Below, piece after piece: positions 9,177 through 18,854 of a DNA stretch of 64,000 nt. The stretch spans positions 128,001 to 192,000 of the forward strand of contig CAXXGI010000003.1 of NCBI GenBank assembly GCA_963674695.2. Reading direction: 5' to 3'. Source of the stretch: a bacterium. Its GTDB lineage: Bacteria; UBA10199; 2-02-FULL-44-16; JAAZCA01. The notes under the pieces were generated by a model, which was not told where the DNA came from, ran no database searches, and worked only from the letters and a program-made list of their open reading frames with translations. How positions within the stretch are numbered: the first letter of the stretch is position 1; each line of letters begins with the position of its first letter. Both the position numbers and the translations under genes were made by a program.

Positions 9177-11636
9177 TTAGAACGCGATGGCGGCGGGGAG
9201 CATGACCGCTGCCCCCATCATGCCCATGTCGATCGGAATTTGGGGGAAGGCATCGCCCATGGTCAGGGCGTCGTTGATCTCGATGCCTGCGTATACGAGC
9301 GATGTCATTGCATTAGCGGCAAACGCGTCCTCGATCTGGGTCTGCGGCGCATTGAGAAATCCCGGCGGTGTGCCGCCGCCCGCCGGCGGCATCGAAGAAC
9401 CCGGAGTTGTCGGTGGTGCGGAGTTTCCGCCGCCGTTGCGATCGCCGCTCTTCTTGATGGCCATTTTCGCCTTCAGGATCGGGGTGATGTCGATGGCGAT
9501 CGCTCGCGACGGTGTCCCCGGAAAGTCCATCTGGGAAAGGATTTCAGCCATGGCGCTGGGCATCACGACCCCATCGCGCAGGTGTTCGTCGCGAAACGGG
9601 GCCTCCTTGAGGGCCTGGATCAGAGTGATGACAAATCGATTTTTGAAGAGCCCTTCGATCTTTTGGAACCAGTCTTCCTGCTGGAGTTCCTGTGTGATCT
9701 GCTTCCAGGTGGGATAGAGCCAATTGGCATCATCCTTGCTGAAGTCCTGCCCGAGTTGCAGATAGCCGATCAGCTCCGGAAGGAGGTTGAGCAGGGTATG
9801 GCTCATGTGGAGGCGCGCGGTCGCGGTGGGGTCGCTCTGCATACGGCGGAGCACCCCTTCCAAATCCGGATTTCCACGAACAAACGGCTCCAAGAGCTTG
9901 AGCATCGGAACCTCTTCGAATGGCGTCGTGTAGATGGCGCGCGTCACGGATTCCTGGAAGTGGCTCGCTATGATCAGGGCCGACTCAATGACGCTTTCCT
10001 CCTCGGCTTCGATGGGCTGCGCGCTGCGCAGAAACGATGCGTTCTCGTGATAGATGGTGTCGAAAAGACCATCGTCGTGATCCCTGTTTTTCCGTGCGCT
10101 GAGGCGAATGAGTTCGAAGAGCCAGTCCTGGAGCATCGTAAACCCTTGCGGGGTGAGTGCGGCGAGTTGGGATATCGCCATCGGCCTTTCGGGATCGGCC
10201 GAGAGGTCATGATAGAGCTTGCACAGGCGCGCGAGAGTTTTATCGCTGTCTTCCTCGGGCGGCCTCGCGGCCATCGTTCGCGCCAGATCGATCTGCTCGA
10301 GGAGCGATTGGCGTGCCTCCACATAGTGCATCGCCATCTGCATATCGATCGCGCTGGTGTAGATCGTCGGGATCTGACCGAACTGTCGGGCCTCCGGATC
10401 GGTGAACCAATCGACCATCAGCTGGCGGTTGAGAAATGTTGTCCACTGAGCTTCATGCAGGAGATCCTCGTCGTCGGCGATCCTTCTGCCGAAGGGTTCG
10501 CCCTCTGTGCGAATGCGTTCTGCCGCGGCCTGAACATCCGATTCGAAGGCTTCACGCGTCTGTGCATCGAGATGCGCGACAAAGATGGCGATCTGATTAC
10601 TCCAGTATCCGCGCATGTCATCGATGAAGGTCGGAGGAATGCCCTGATAGAGTTCGTCGCCGAGCACATCTTCCATGGAGATGCGTTGATTGAAGTGAGC
10701 GAGCATATTCTGAAAGGGGCGGATCGATGCGATGACCGACTCGGGCGTTCGATCGGCAAATCCTTCCATCGACCCTTCGCCATCGAGGGCCATCTCGTGG
10801 GCATAGTCGATATAGCGCCCAATCCATGCCGTCCAGAGCTCGCCTTCGATGAAACGGGGAATGAACGCCTCATCGATGTCGCTCTCGGAGGAGGAGGCGT
10901 CCGTCGCTTGGTTGATCTCATGGGCGAGGCGTTTCTCCATCTCGGTGGCCCCCTCCCACCAGATCTCCGCCTGCCAGGCGATGGCTGCTTCAACGAGCGC
11001 TTCATCCTGCACCAAATCATCCGATTCGAAGGGGAATCCTGAGTCCGCGAGCGATTCGTATGAATCGGTGACAAGATTATCGAATTCGTCGAGGTCCTCT
11101 CCCTCGAGTTCATTGTGCATCGCCTCGGCCATGTCGGCCATGAAGGAGGAAAAATTAGTCAGGATTTCGTCGTTGATGTCGTCGCCCTCGAGCACGTCGG
11201 GATAGCGTTCGCCGTCGGCGATGCGGGTGCGCAAGCGATCGAGTCCCGGCAGGAGCGCGAGGTAGTATTCCTGTTCGTCGGCGGCGATGTCTTCGTCAGA
11301 GGCAGGATGCTCCCCCATCCAGACGATATCGACCGGTCCCTGTAGACGCGCCGCCAGGGGATGGCTCCACCCGGAAGGGGCGTCGACGATGATGCCGAGT
11401 TGAAGCCGCAGCGCATCGAGGAGGGAATGCCGCCCCGGGTCGAAGGCCTCGTAGAAGTCGGTAAAGAAGGTGACGCCGGCGCGCAGGATGGGGTCGTCGG
11501 GGTTATCCTGTGTGGCGCGGTCGAGTGCTGTAATCGCATCCATCGGGACGTCGAGGCGAACGCTCGCTCCTAAAAAAAATGCGGAAAAGCGTTGGCGAAA
11601 TTGATGGAGGAGATGCAGGGGAATCGGTTTGGTCAT
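9177..11636 (-). CDS. acidic hypothetical protein (819 aa) with Pro/Gly linker and C-terminal GAAVMLPAAIAF tag
   Basis: Long GC3-biased ORF with no signal peptide; the promoter motif lies 8 nt upstream of the ATG. Confidence 0.8.
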   Translation of the reverse strand: MTKPIPLHLLHQFRQRFSAFFLGASVRLDVPMDAITALDRATQDNPDDPILRAGVTFFTDFYEAFDPGRHSLLDALRLQLGIIVDAPSGWSHPLAARLQGPVDIVWMGEHPASDEDIAADEQEYYLALLPGLDRLRTRIADGERYPDVLEGDDINDEILTNFSSFMADMAEAMHNELEGEDLDEFDNLVTDSYESLADSGFPFESDDLVQDEALVEAAIAWQAEIWWEGATEMEKRLAHEINQATDASSSESDIDEAFIPRFIEGELWTAWIGRYIDYAHEMALDGEGSMEGFADRTPESVIASIRPFQNMLAHFNQRISMEDVLGDELYQGIPPTFIDDMRGYWSNQIAIFVAHLDAQTREAFESDVQAAAERIRTEGEPFGRRIADDEDLLHEAQWTTFLNRQLMVDWFTDPEARQFGQIPTIYTSAIDMQMAMHYVEARQSLLEQIDLARTMAARPPEEDSDKTLARLCKLYHDLSADPERPMAISQLAALTPQGFTMLQDWLFELIRLSARKNRDHDDGLFDTIYHENASFLRSAQPIEAEEESVIESALIIASHFQESVTRAIYTTPFEEVPMLKLLEPFVRGNPDLEGVLRRMQSDPTATARLHMSHTLLNLLPELIGYLQLGQDFSKDDANWLYPTWKQITQELQQEDWFQKIEGLFKNRFVITLIQALKEAPFRDEHLRDGVVMPSAMAEILSQMDFPGTPSRAIAIDITPILKAKMAIKKSGDRNGGGNSAPPTTPGSSMPPAGGGTPPGFLNAPQTQIEDAFAANAMTSLVYAGIEINDALTMGDAFPQIPIDMGMMGAAVMLPAAIAF

Positions 11637-11644
11637 GATCGGGG

Positions 11645-11672
11645 ATATCGGCGGTTGGACGAAAAGGTTGCG
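11645..11672 (-). promoter_or_regulatory. sigma28/FliA-like promoter motif CGCAAC-N14-GCCGATAT (leaderless geometry)
   Basis: Reverse complement cgcaac cttttcgtccaacc gccgatat ccccgatc ATG. Confidence 0.7.
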
Positions 11673-11815
11673 TGGTTTTTTGTGCGGAATTGTTACTGTA
11701 AGTGGCCGATATAAAAGGTATTTTCGAGTTTTGTCATTCCCGAGCGATTAAATCGGGAATCTCGATGGTCATGATGTGTCTGGATCTCGCAGATGACCGG
11801 CAAGAAACCAGCCTA

Positions 11816-12139
11816 TCAGCTTCCGCTGGCATTCTCCCACGAGACGAAGCGCCAGCCAAAAGAACCCTTTTCGAGTGTGGCGAAGATGCGCTGCACGGTT
11901 CCATCATCAAGGGTTAAGAAGGCATCGACCGAGACCAGGTGCTTATGAATCTCCTGCTGGCCGGTGACATCGACCTCGTTCACCGTGGAGGACCCGTAGA
12001 TCGTTTCGGGGTATTTCTTGCCGTATTTCTTGAAGTATTTCTGGATGAGTTTCGTGCTGCGCTGTTCGCTCGGCTGCCGGGCGCAGGCGGTGACACCGAA
12101 GAGGACGAGGATCAGGGCGATGGCGAAGAGGCGTTTCAT
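11816..12139 (-). CDS. small lipoprotein, unknown function
   Basis: MKRLFAIALILVLFGVTAC signal peptide with lipobox. Confidence 0.75.
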   Translation of the reverse strand: MKRLFAIALILVLFGVTACARQPSEQRSTKLIQKYFKKYGKKYPETIYGSSTVNEVDVTGQQEIHKHLVSVDAFLTLDDGTVQRIFATLEKGSFGWRFVSWENASGS

Positions 12140-12231
12140 ATGGGCGAAGTCGCTAACATGGCGATAGGGTGAGCGCAAGGGTCTTTGTGGGGGTGTTCGG
12201 GGGGGCTAGGGCGTGTCGGGATCCTTGGTTT

Positions 12232-12345
12232 TTGTCATCCCCTTGGTTTTTGTCATCCCCGCGAAGGCGGGGATCTCGATTGACCATTATAAGCGAGATT
12301 CCCCCGCCACACAATCGGCGGGCAGGCTGCGTTCGCGGGAATGAC
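12232..12345. repeat. REP palindrome cluster (dRS3-like)
   Basis: tgtcatccccgcgaaggcggggatctcg followed by an interrupted inverted copy ending ttcgcgggaatgac. Confidence 0.8.
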
Positions 12346-12368
12346 ACCCTCTGAAATGACGACATGTC

Positions 12369-14135
12369 TTACTCAAACGGGATCTTGATCACCTGTCCGC
12401 GACGCGGACGGCGGCCCACGCCGGGGTTGGCCGAGCGAATCTGGTCGACCTCCACCCGATACATCTGGGCGATGGAGAAGATCGTTTCATTGCGCCCGAC
12501 CTTGTGGGTGAGTGCACCGCGTGTGCTCTTCGGCGCACGCGAGGCCGCGGCCGCGAAGAGCGTTCCCTTGCCCTTCGGAACGCGAAGCGGATAGCCGATG
12601 GGGACCAGTTGCTTTCCCTCGATCACCGAGGCGCGCAGGCTCAAGTTGAGCTCGATGATCTCCTCCATCGGGATGCGGGCGATGCGGGCGACGTCCGGCA
12701 GGGAGATGTGATAGTCCAGGCGCGTCAGGTCGTAGCGAAGGGGCTCGTCGTAGGCAATCGGGCCGAAGTGTTCTTGGGTGTGCTCGGCCACATCGAGCGC
12801 GGCGAGGAATTCGGGAACGAAGTTGCGCGAGGCAAAGCCGTAGCTGCGGTGTTCGAAGTTCTTGATGATGTGCGCGATGTCGTTCGTGCCGTGGCGTTTG
12901 ACCGCCTGCTGCATGCGGCCGCGCCCGGTGTTATAGGCGTTGAGCGCTAAGGGCCAGGTGCCCAGCTCGTTTTCGTTGTGGCGCAAGAGCTTTGCCGCTC
13001 CGTGCGTCGCGGCGATCGGGTCATAGCGTTCATCGACCAAGGTGTTGATATTGAGATACAGCTTTCCGGTTGAACGCATGAACTGCCACAACCCCGTCGC
13101 GCCCACCGAGCTTCCCGCCCGCGGGTTGAACATCGATTCCACGAAGATGAGCCGGGTGAGTTCGCGGGGGAGTCCATACTCCTCGGTGAAGATGCGCTCG
13201 ATCTCGCCGAGCCACTGTCCGGAATAGATGAGCCCGGCGATGAATTTATCGCGTTGCCCGTATTGCGCACGCACACCGTCGTCGAGCGCGGCGCGCCGAA
13301 AGGCGTTTTTTTCATGCACGTTGGTGAAGAGCTTGCGGATGCGCCATTCCTCCTCGGTGAGCGATGAGGCCGACGGACGTTTCGAGAGCTTCATCAGCGT
13401 TTCGCTGACTTCGTCGCGGCGCTCATCGAGGCGTTTTTTTCGCCGGTGCGATTTCTCCAGATCGGTGAGCCGCACATCCCGCGTGATGTCGCTCACATCG
13501 ACCACGTCATAGACGATATCGAGATAGCGCGGGTGGTGCAGCACGATGTGATCGTTGTCGTACGTCCCGTAGATGTCGCGCCAGAAATTGACCTCGGCGG
13601 TCAGCGTGTCAGGCGGAAAGATCCACGCCTTGTGTCGGCGGCTGCTGTTGCTGTCGAGTGCGCTGGGCTCACCCCGTGCCAGGCTCGAGACGGGGTGGAC
13701 CACATGCGTGATGGCATGATCGCCGACCAGAAGCGTGTCGTCGCCGAGGAGTTCGCGCGCGAGCGCATCGTCGGCGTTGGCGTCATCCGATTCCAGTGCT
13801 GCGGTCTCCTCGTTCGGCATGCGGTCCGCGTCGGATTGATCGCCGGAACGGTGTCCGGCCCAGGCCAACTCATCCGGCTTCACACCCTTGGGGATAAATT
13901 GGGCGATGGTTCCGCTATGTGCAGGAAGGGGAGCTGTTTTTTGTGTCTCCTCCGGTTCCTCCGTGGGGAGGATGGCCGAGAGCCGCGGAGGTTGGGGAAG
14001 TTTCGGGTCGATCGCCTCCGGGCTTAACCCGGCGATGCGTCCCGGCAGCACGATCAGGGCGAAGCAGATAAACCCCGCCGCCAGACAGACCACGAGCAGG
14101 GCGTTGATGATGCGCTGTTCACGCGATCCGGTCAT
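12369..14135 (-). CDS. lytic transglycosylase (SLT domain plus C-terminal LysM), MltD-like
   Basis: N-terminal TM anchor, VESMFNP (catalytic Glu), GATGLWQFM, AYNTG, and C-terminal LysM HKVGRNETIFSIA. Confidence 0.88.
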   Translation of the reverse strand: MTGSREQRIINALLVVCLAAGFICFALIVLPGRIAGLSPEAIDPKLPQPPRLSAILPTEEPEETQKTAPLPAHSGTIAQFIPKGVKPDELAWAGHRSGDQSDADRMPNEETAALESDDANADDALARELLGDDTLLVGDHAITHVVHPVSSLARGEPSALDSNSSRRHKAWIFPPDTLTAEVNFWRDIYGTYDNDHIVLHHPRYLDIVYDVVDVSDITRDVRLTDLEKSHRRKKRLDERRDEVSETLMKLSKRPSASSLTEEEWRIRKLFTNVHEKNAFRRAALDDGVRAQYGQRDKFIAGLIYSGQWLGEIERIFTEEYGLPRELTRLIFVESMFNPRAGSSVGATGLWQFMRSTGKLYLNINTLVDERYDPIAATHGAAKLLRHNENELGTWPLALNAYNTGRGRMQQAVKRHGTNDIAHIIKNFEHRSYGFASRNFVPEFLAALDVAEHTQEHFGPIAYDEPLRYDLTRLDYHISLPDVARIARIPMEEIIELNLSLRASVIEGKQLVPIGYPLRVPKGKGTLFAAAASRAPKSTRGALTHKVGRNETIFSIAQMYRVEVDQIRSANPGVGRRPRRGQVIKIPFE

Positions 14136-14152
14136 GAAAATCCTTTATTCGT

Positions 14153-14238
14153 TGTCATTCTGGGGGAAGCGAAGAATCCCCCGTTGTTCTGTTGTCATTC
14201 CCGGCCCTGTTGTCATTCCCGCGGAAGCGGGAATGACA
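14153..14238. repeat. REP palindrome cluster
   Basis: Three GTCATTC-headed units including gtcattcccgcggaagcgggaatgac. Confidence 0.75.
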
Positions 14239-14260
14239 ACAAAAACCCATTACCCGACAA

Positions 14261-15673
14261 TCACTCGTTACGGTATTCCGTGATCGCACGCACGACCTCG
14301 AGCTGCGCGCGATGGGCGCCATCGACTCCGCGCGGCAGGCCGTTGGCGAGGATCGCAAACGCGGCGATCCTTCCATCGGCCATGGGGGCAAACCCCGCCA
14401 GCGTCGACACGCCGCCGAGCGTCCCGGTCTTGGCGCGCACCATGCCGGAGAGCTTCGGCGCGAAGGTCCAACGGCGCGTGGTGCCGTCCACGCCCACGAT
14501 CGCCAGCGATGCGGCGAGATCCGGGCCGATGCTGAAGTCGCGCCAAGCGGAGACGAGGACTTTTGTGAGCAGATTCGCCGAGACGCGCGTCTGGTCGGAG
14601 AGCCCCGAGCCGTTCTCGATGACGTAACTTCCGGGGGCCACGCCGATGCTGCGCAGATAGGAGGCGATGACCTCGACCCCCTTGCGCGTCGAGCCGGGCG
14701 CGCCCATGCGCACCGCGCCCAGGTGTTTGAGCACCTGTTCGGCGATGAAGTTGTTGGAGTACTTATTCATATTGCGAATGATCTCCGCGAGCGGATCGGA
14801 GGATTCATCGAGCAGCAGCACGCCGCCGGAGCGACGTCCTTCCGAGATGGGTCCGGAGACCTCGATGCCGTTCTGCCGGAGGATGAAGCGCAGCACCGCG
14901 CTCGCATAGGCGTTCGGCGTGGTCACGCTGCGGTAGAATCGTTTCGGTGCATGTCGCGGCGGGATGCGCCCCTTGACGGTGAGCGTTTCCCCCGTGCCAT
15001 TTTTCTTCGAGACAATCTGGATGCCGAACTTGCCGCCGGTCTTGAGCGCATTGATCACGTGAACGTAATCGACAGGCGGATCGATGGTCACGATGCCGGG
15101 CTGGCCCGAACGCGATCCGGGGCTGACCTCGACGGAAATGCCGTTGAAGTTGACCGCAAATGCCCCGGTCTGGGCGGAGTAGGCGCGGCTATCTGCACCC
15201 GCCTTGCGCGGGTAGGCGTGCGCGTCGAAGTGTCCCTCGTCGATGATGACGCCCCGGGTGATGCGGCGCACGCCTCGGTCGGCCAGATTGCGCACCATGC
15301 GCCAGAGGCGCTCGGAGGTGAGCATCGGGTCACCGCCGCCCACGACGGTGAGCGTGCCGATGGCGCCGTCGTCGCCGGGTTCGCGGTCGGCGTAGAACTT
15401 CGTGTGGAAGCGGTAGTCGGGGCCCAAGTTTGCGAGCGCCGCTGTCGCGGTGATGAGTTTGGCGCAACTGGCGGGGTTGAGCGTGAGATCCGCGTTGTGG
15501 CGCGCGATGATCTGCCCGGTTTCGGCATCGGCCACGACGATCGAGGTGCGCTCGGCATTGAACCCCGGGTGCTTCAGCGCGCGTTCGAGCGCGACGCCGG
15601 CTTCCAGTGGGGGCGCCATGGTGGTGATGACGGCGGCGATGAACAGGGCGAAAAACGTGGAAGTGTTTGACAT
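14261..15673 (-). CDS. dacB: D-alanyl-D-alanine carboxypeptidase/endopeptidase (PBP4, peptidase S13)
   Basis: PASCAK (SxxK), SNN and KTGTL motifs, GGGDP, NGSGLS; signal peptide from MSNTSTFF. Confidence 0.92.
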   Translation of the reverse strand: MSNTSTFFALFIAAVITTMAPPLEAGVALERALKHPGFNAERTSIVVADAETGQIIARHNADLTLNPASCAKLITATAALANLGPDYRFHTKFYADREPGDDGAIGTLTVVGGGDPMLTSERLWRMVRNLADRGVRRITRGVIIDEGHFDAHAYPRKAGADSRAYSAQTGAFAVNFNGISVEVSPGSRSGQPGIVTIDPPVDYVHVINALKTGGKFGIQIVSKKNGTGETLTVKGRIPPRHAPKRFYRSVTTPNAYASAVLRFILRQNGIEVSGPISEGRRSGGVLLLDESSDPLAEIIRNMNKYSNNFIAEQVLKHLGAVRMGAPGSTRKGVEVIASYLRSIGVAPGSYVIENGSGLSDQTRVSANLLTKVLVSAWRDFSIGPDLAASLAIVGVDGTTRRWTFAPKLSGMVRAKTGTLGGVSTLAGFAPMADGRIAAFAILANGLPRGVDGAHRAQLEVVRAITEYRNE

Positions 15674-15717
15674 AGCTAGAGATTCTTTATACTTCGGGTT
15701 GTCGAGTATTCCTCGAT

Positions 15718-15801
15718 TGTCATCCCGACCGGAGTGGAGGGATCCCTTGTAAACGTGAGATTCCTCCACTTACTCGCGTTGCTCGCTCGGTCGGAATGAC
15801 A
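15718..15801. repeat. REP doublet (GTCATCCCGACCGGAG-type variant)
   Basis: tgtcatcccgaccggagtggagggatc ... ggtcggaatgaca inverted pair between the divergent dacB and ABC genes. Confidence 0.7.
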
Positions 15802-15879
15802 AAGGGCGGCCAAATGATCTGTTTCCAGAGGGCTCAACTGTTGCAGGTATTCTAATGAAAAGCGTACGTGGGGGCAAGG

Positions 15880-17457
15880 ATGATTGAGCAGTTTCGTGGG
15901 CATTGGCGCCGGACGGCGTTTGCAGGGGTTTTCATCGCGCTGTTTGTCGGCGCATCGCTGTTTTCGGCGAGCCTGGGTTGTTCCCGCAAGAAGGATGCCT
16001 CGCGCGACACGCTGCGCGTGGCCCTGCCCGCCGGTCCCGTCACGCTCGATCCGCGGCTGGCCGCCGATGCCGTGGGCGACAAGATCTCCTCCCTCATCTG
16101 CGATGGCCTCTACCGCAAGAACGATGCCCTCGAGATGGTGCCGCACCTGGCCGAGCGCGTGGAGACCCTCTCCGATACCAGCTTTCGCTTTCACCTGCGC
16201 CCGAACGTCACCTTTCACAACGGCGAAAAACTCACCGCCGAGGATGTCGTCTATACCTACACGACCATCATGGATGGCACGGTCGCCTCTCCCTATCGCA
16301 GCGGCTTCGAACGCATCGCGAAGGTCGAGGCCGAAGCGCCGCTCGTCGTGCGCCTGGATCTCAAGGAGCCGTATGCGCCGCTCTTCACCATGCTCGGGCG
16401 CGGCATCGTGTCGAAGAAGGCCGCCGAGCAGATGGGCGATGCCTTTGCCACGGCGCCCATCGGCACCGGACCCTATCGCTTCGTGCGATTCGTTACCGAC
16501 TCGGTCGTGGAACTCGCGGCCAATCCCACTTCCTTCAGCGGTGTGCCCAAAACGCCCAAGCTCCTCTTCGATATCCTCAAGGATGATAACATCCGCGTTT
16601 TGAAACTCATCAAGGGGGATGTCGACCTGGCGCAGAACGCCGTGCCGCCGGCACTCGTGGCCGAGGTGACATCGAAGCCGCATCTCAAGATGAAGACGGA
16701 TCCGAGCATCATCGTCACCTACCTGGGGCTCAACCTGACCGACCCGGTTCTCAAGAAGAAGGGCGTGCGGCAGGCGCTCGCACTCGCCATCGATCGCGAC
16801 GAAATCATCGCGCACCAGTGGAAGGGGTTTGCCTCCAAGGCCAACTCGATCCTCGCCCCCGAGAACTGGGCGTATGACAAGAGCCTCGGTCAGTATGACT
16901 ATGATCCCAAGCGGGCGGCGGCCCTCCTGGACAAGGCGGGTTTTCCCGATCCGGACGGGGCCGGCCCCAAGACGCGCTTCGACCTGGTCTATAAGACGAG
17001 CACGGCCAAAGAGCGCGTCGCCATCGCGCAGATGATCGCGCATCAGTTGGCCAAGGTCGGCATCGGTGTGCGCGTGGAGCCCTATGAGTGGGGCACCTTC
17101 TTTCGCGACATCAAGCGCGGGAACTTTCAGGTCTATTCGCTCTCCTGGGTCGGCGTGACCGAGCCGGACATCTTCTACGACATCGCGCATTCCTCGCAGA
17201 TGCCGCCCGATGGCCTCAACCGCGATCGCTATGTCAATGCCGACATCGATCGCCAGGTTTCGGCCGCGCGCGTCGAACTCGATCCGGACAAACGCCGCGC
17301 ACTCTATGCGAAGGTGCAGAGAATTCTCTTCGACGAGCTACCCTTTATTCCGCTCTGGTATGAAAACAACATCGTCCTCTTCAACGATGCGCTCGAAAAT
17401 GTGCGCCTGCGCGCCGACGCGAGCTTCGAACCGCTCGTGGAAGTCGTGAAGAAATAA
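15880..17457 (+). CDS. peptide ABC transporter substrate-binding lipoprotein (SBP family 5, OppA/DppA-like)
   Basis: SLGC lipobox, TLDP, FHLRPNVTFHNGEKLTAEDV, PIGTGPY, VRQALALAIDR. Confidence 0.93.
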   Translation: MIEQFRGHWRRTAFAGVFIALFVGASLFSASLGCSRKKDASRDTLRVALPAGPVTLDPRLAADAVGDKISSLICDGLYRKNDALEMVPHLAERVETLSDTSFRFHLRPNVTFHNGEKLTAEDVVYTYTTIMDGTVASPYRSGFERIAKVEAEAPLVVRLDLKEPYAPLFTMLGRGIVSKKAAEQMGDAFATAPIGTGPYRFVRFVTDSVVELAANPTSFSGVPKTPKLLFDILKDDNIRVLKLIKGDVDLAQNAVPPALVAEVTSKPHLKMKTDPSIIVTYLGLNLTDPVLKKKGVRQALALAIDRDEIIAHQWKGFASKANSILAPENWAYDKSLGQYDYDPKRAAALLDKAGFPDPDGAGPKTRFDLVYKTSTAKERVAIAQMIAHQLAKVGIGVRVEPYEWGTFFRDIKRGNFQVYSLSWVGVTEPDIFYDIAHSSQMPPDGLNRDRYVNADIDRQVSAARVELDPDKRRALYAKVQRILFDELPFIPLWYENNIVLFNDALENVRLRADASFEPLVEVVKK

Positions 17458-17464
17458 CGAGGGG

Positions 17465-17700
17465 CTGTCATCCCCGTGAAAACGGGGATCTCGATGGACT
17501 TGGCTCTGTCATCCCCGTGAAAACGGGGATCTCGATGGACTTGGCTCTGTCATCCCCGTGAAAACGGGGATCTCGATGGACTTGGCACTGTCATCCCCGT
17601 GAAAACGGGGATCTCGATGGACTTGGCTCTGTCATCCCCGTGAAAACGGGGATCTCGATGTACCGTGAGAATCGAGATTTCCGCCTTCGCGGGAATGACA
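17465..17700. repeat. tandem array of five 41-bp REP units ending in an inverted REP
   Basis: ctgtcatccccgtgaaaacggggatctcgatggacttggct at 17465, 17506, 17547, 17588 and (partial) 17629; linkers near-identical. Confidence 0.9.
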
Positions 17701-17735
17701 AAAACAGAAAGTACAAGTTACGAGTTACGGCCTTT

Positions 17736-18653
17736 ATGTTTCAATACATCATCAAACGATTGTTTGCGGCAATTCCAGTTCTGTTGGCGGTCTCCACGAT
17801 CGTCTTCCTGCTCATCCATGCCATCCCCGGCGATCCGGTCGACCTGATCCTGGGCGAGCAGGCGCTCTCGGCCGACCGCACGCAGCTCGCGCACGAGTTG
17901 CACCTGGATGAGCCGCTCATCGACCAGTATGGCCATTTCTTGGCGGGGCTCGTCTCGGGCAACTGGGGCCAATCGCTCTTCGACAAACGCTCGGTCCTCT
18001 CCCACATCCACGATCGCTACGCCGCCACGCTGCTGCTCGCCGTCTGCGCCATGTGCGTGGCCATCGCGGTGGCCATCCCCGCCGGCATCTTCGCGGCCGT
18101 GCGTCGCGGAAGCATCTGGGATCAGATCACCATGTTCGTGGCGCTCTGGGGGATCTCCGTCCCCAACTTCTGGCTCGGTCCCGTGCTCATCCTTATCTTT
18201 GCCGTATACCTGGGATGGCTGCCCATCTCCGGGCGCGAGTCGCTCGCTTCGCTCATCCTTCCGTCGATCACGTTGGGCGCGGCGCTCGCCGCGATGCTCT
18301 CGCGGCTCACGCGCGCCTCCATGATCGAAGAGATCAAGCGCGAGTACGTCGTGGCTGCGCGGGCCAAGGGCCTTTCTGAACGACGCGTCATCTTCAAGCA
18401 CGCGTTGCGCAATGCGCTCAATCCGGTGATCACGATCATAGGACTCCAGGTCGGTTCCTTGCTGGCGGGAACGATCATCACCGAGAAGGTCTTCAACTGG
18501 CCCGGGATCGGCTCGCTCCTGCTCGACTCGATCAGTCGGCGCGATTATCCCCTGGTGCAAGGGTGTATCCTGGTCATCGCGTTCGCGTACGTCCTGGTGA
18601 ACACCGCAACCGACTGCCTCTATCGGGCGGTGGATCCGAGGGTGAAACTGTAA
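17736..18653 (+). CDS. peptide ABC transporter permease (OppB/DppB-like)
   Basis: MFQYIIKRL start, PGDP, EAA-like loop ARAKGLSERRVIFKHALRNA, EKVFNWPGIG. Confidence 0.93.
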   Translation: MFQYIIKRLFAAIPVLLAVSTIVFLLIHAIPGDPVDLILGEQALSADRTQLAHELHLDEPLIDQYGHFLAGLVSGNWGQSLFDKRSVLSHIHDRYAATLLLAVCAMCVAIAVAIPAGIFAAVRRGSIWDQITMFVALWGISVPNFWLGPVLILIFAVYLGWLPISGRESLASLILPSITLGAALAAMLSRLTRASMIEEIKREYVVAARAKGLSERRVIFKHALRNALNPVITIIGLQVGSLLAGTIITEKVFNWPGIGSLLLDSISRRDYPLVQGCILVIAFAYVLVNTATDCLYRAVDPRVKL

Positions 18654-18693
18654 CGGCCGTGACACGTAACACGTAACACGATGGACTCGGAAG

Positions 18694-18827
18694 TGTCATC
18701 CCCGTGAAAACGGGGATCTCGATGGATTCGGAAGTGTCATCCTCGTGCAAACGGGGATCTCGATGTGCCGTGAGAATCGAGATTCCCGCCTTCGCGGGAA
18801 TGACAGGCTTGGGTTCGCGGGAATGAC
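18694..18827. repeat. REP cluster between the permease genes
   Basis: Two gtcatcc(c/t)cgtg.aaacggggatctcgatg units plus inverted ...cgcgggaatgac units. Confidence 0.8.
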
Positions 18828-18854
18828 AACGATCAAACGGAAACGAAAAAGGGC

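Noticed and set aside
11685-11712. Tenth promoter-like site on the plus strand (CGGAAT-N14-GCCGATAT)
   Set aside because: Poor upstream hexamer and no credible sense gene downstream (a REP and the 3' end of a convergent gene), so it was not counted
17465-17700. Possible CRISPR array (palindromic repeat with regular spacing)
   Set aside because: The intervening sequences are near-identical rather than unique spacers, the period is only 41 bp, the unit is the genome-wide REP, and no cas genes are present
17640-17735. N-terminal extensions in the ORF track (17640, 22715, 60485, 15769, 35300, 32084, 33034)
   Set aside because: They translate REP or micro-repeat DNA, or the antisense of a neighbouring gene; downstream starts fit the protein families better
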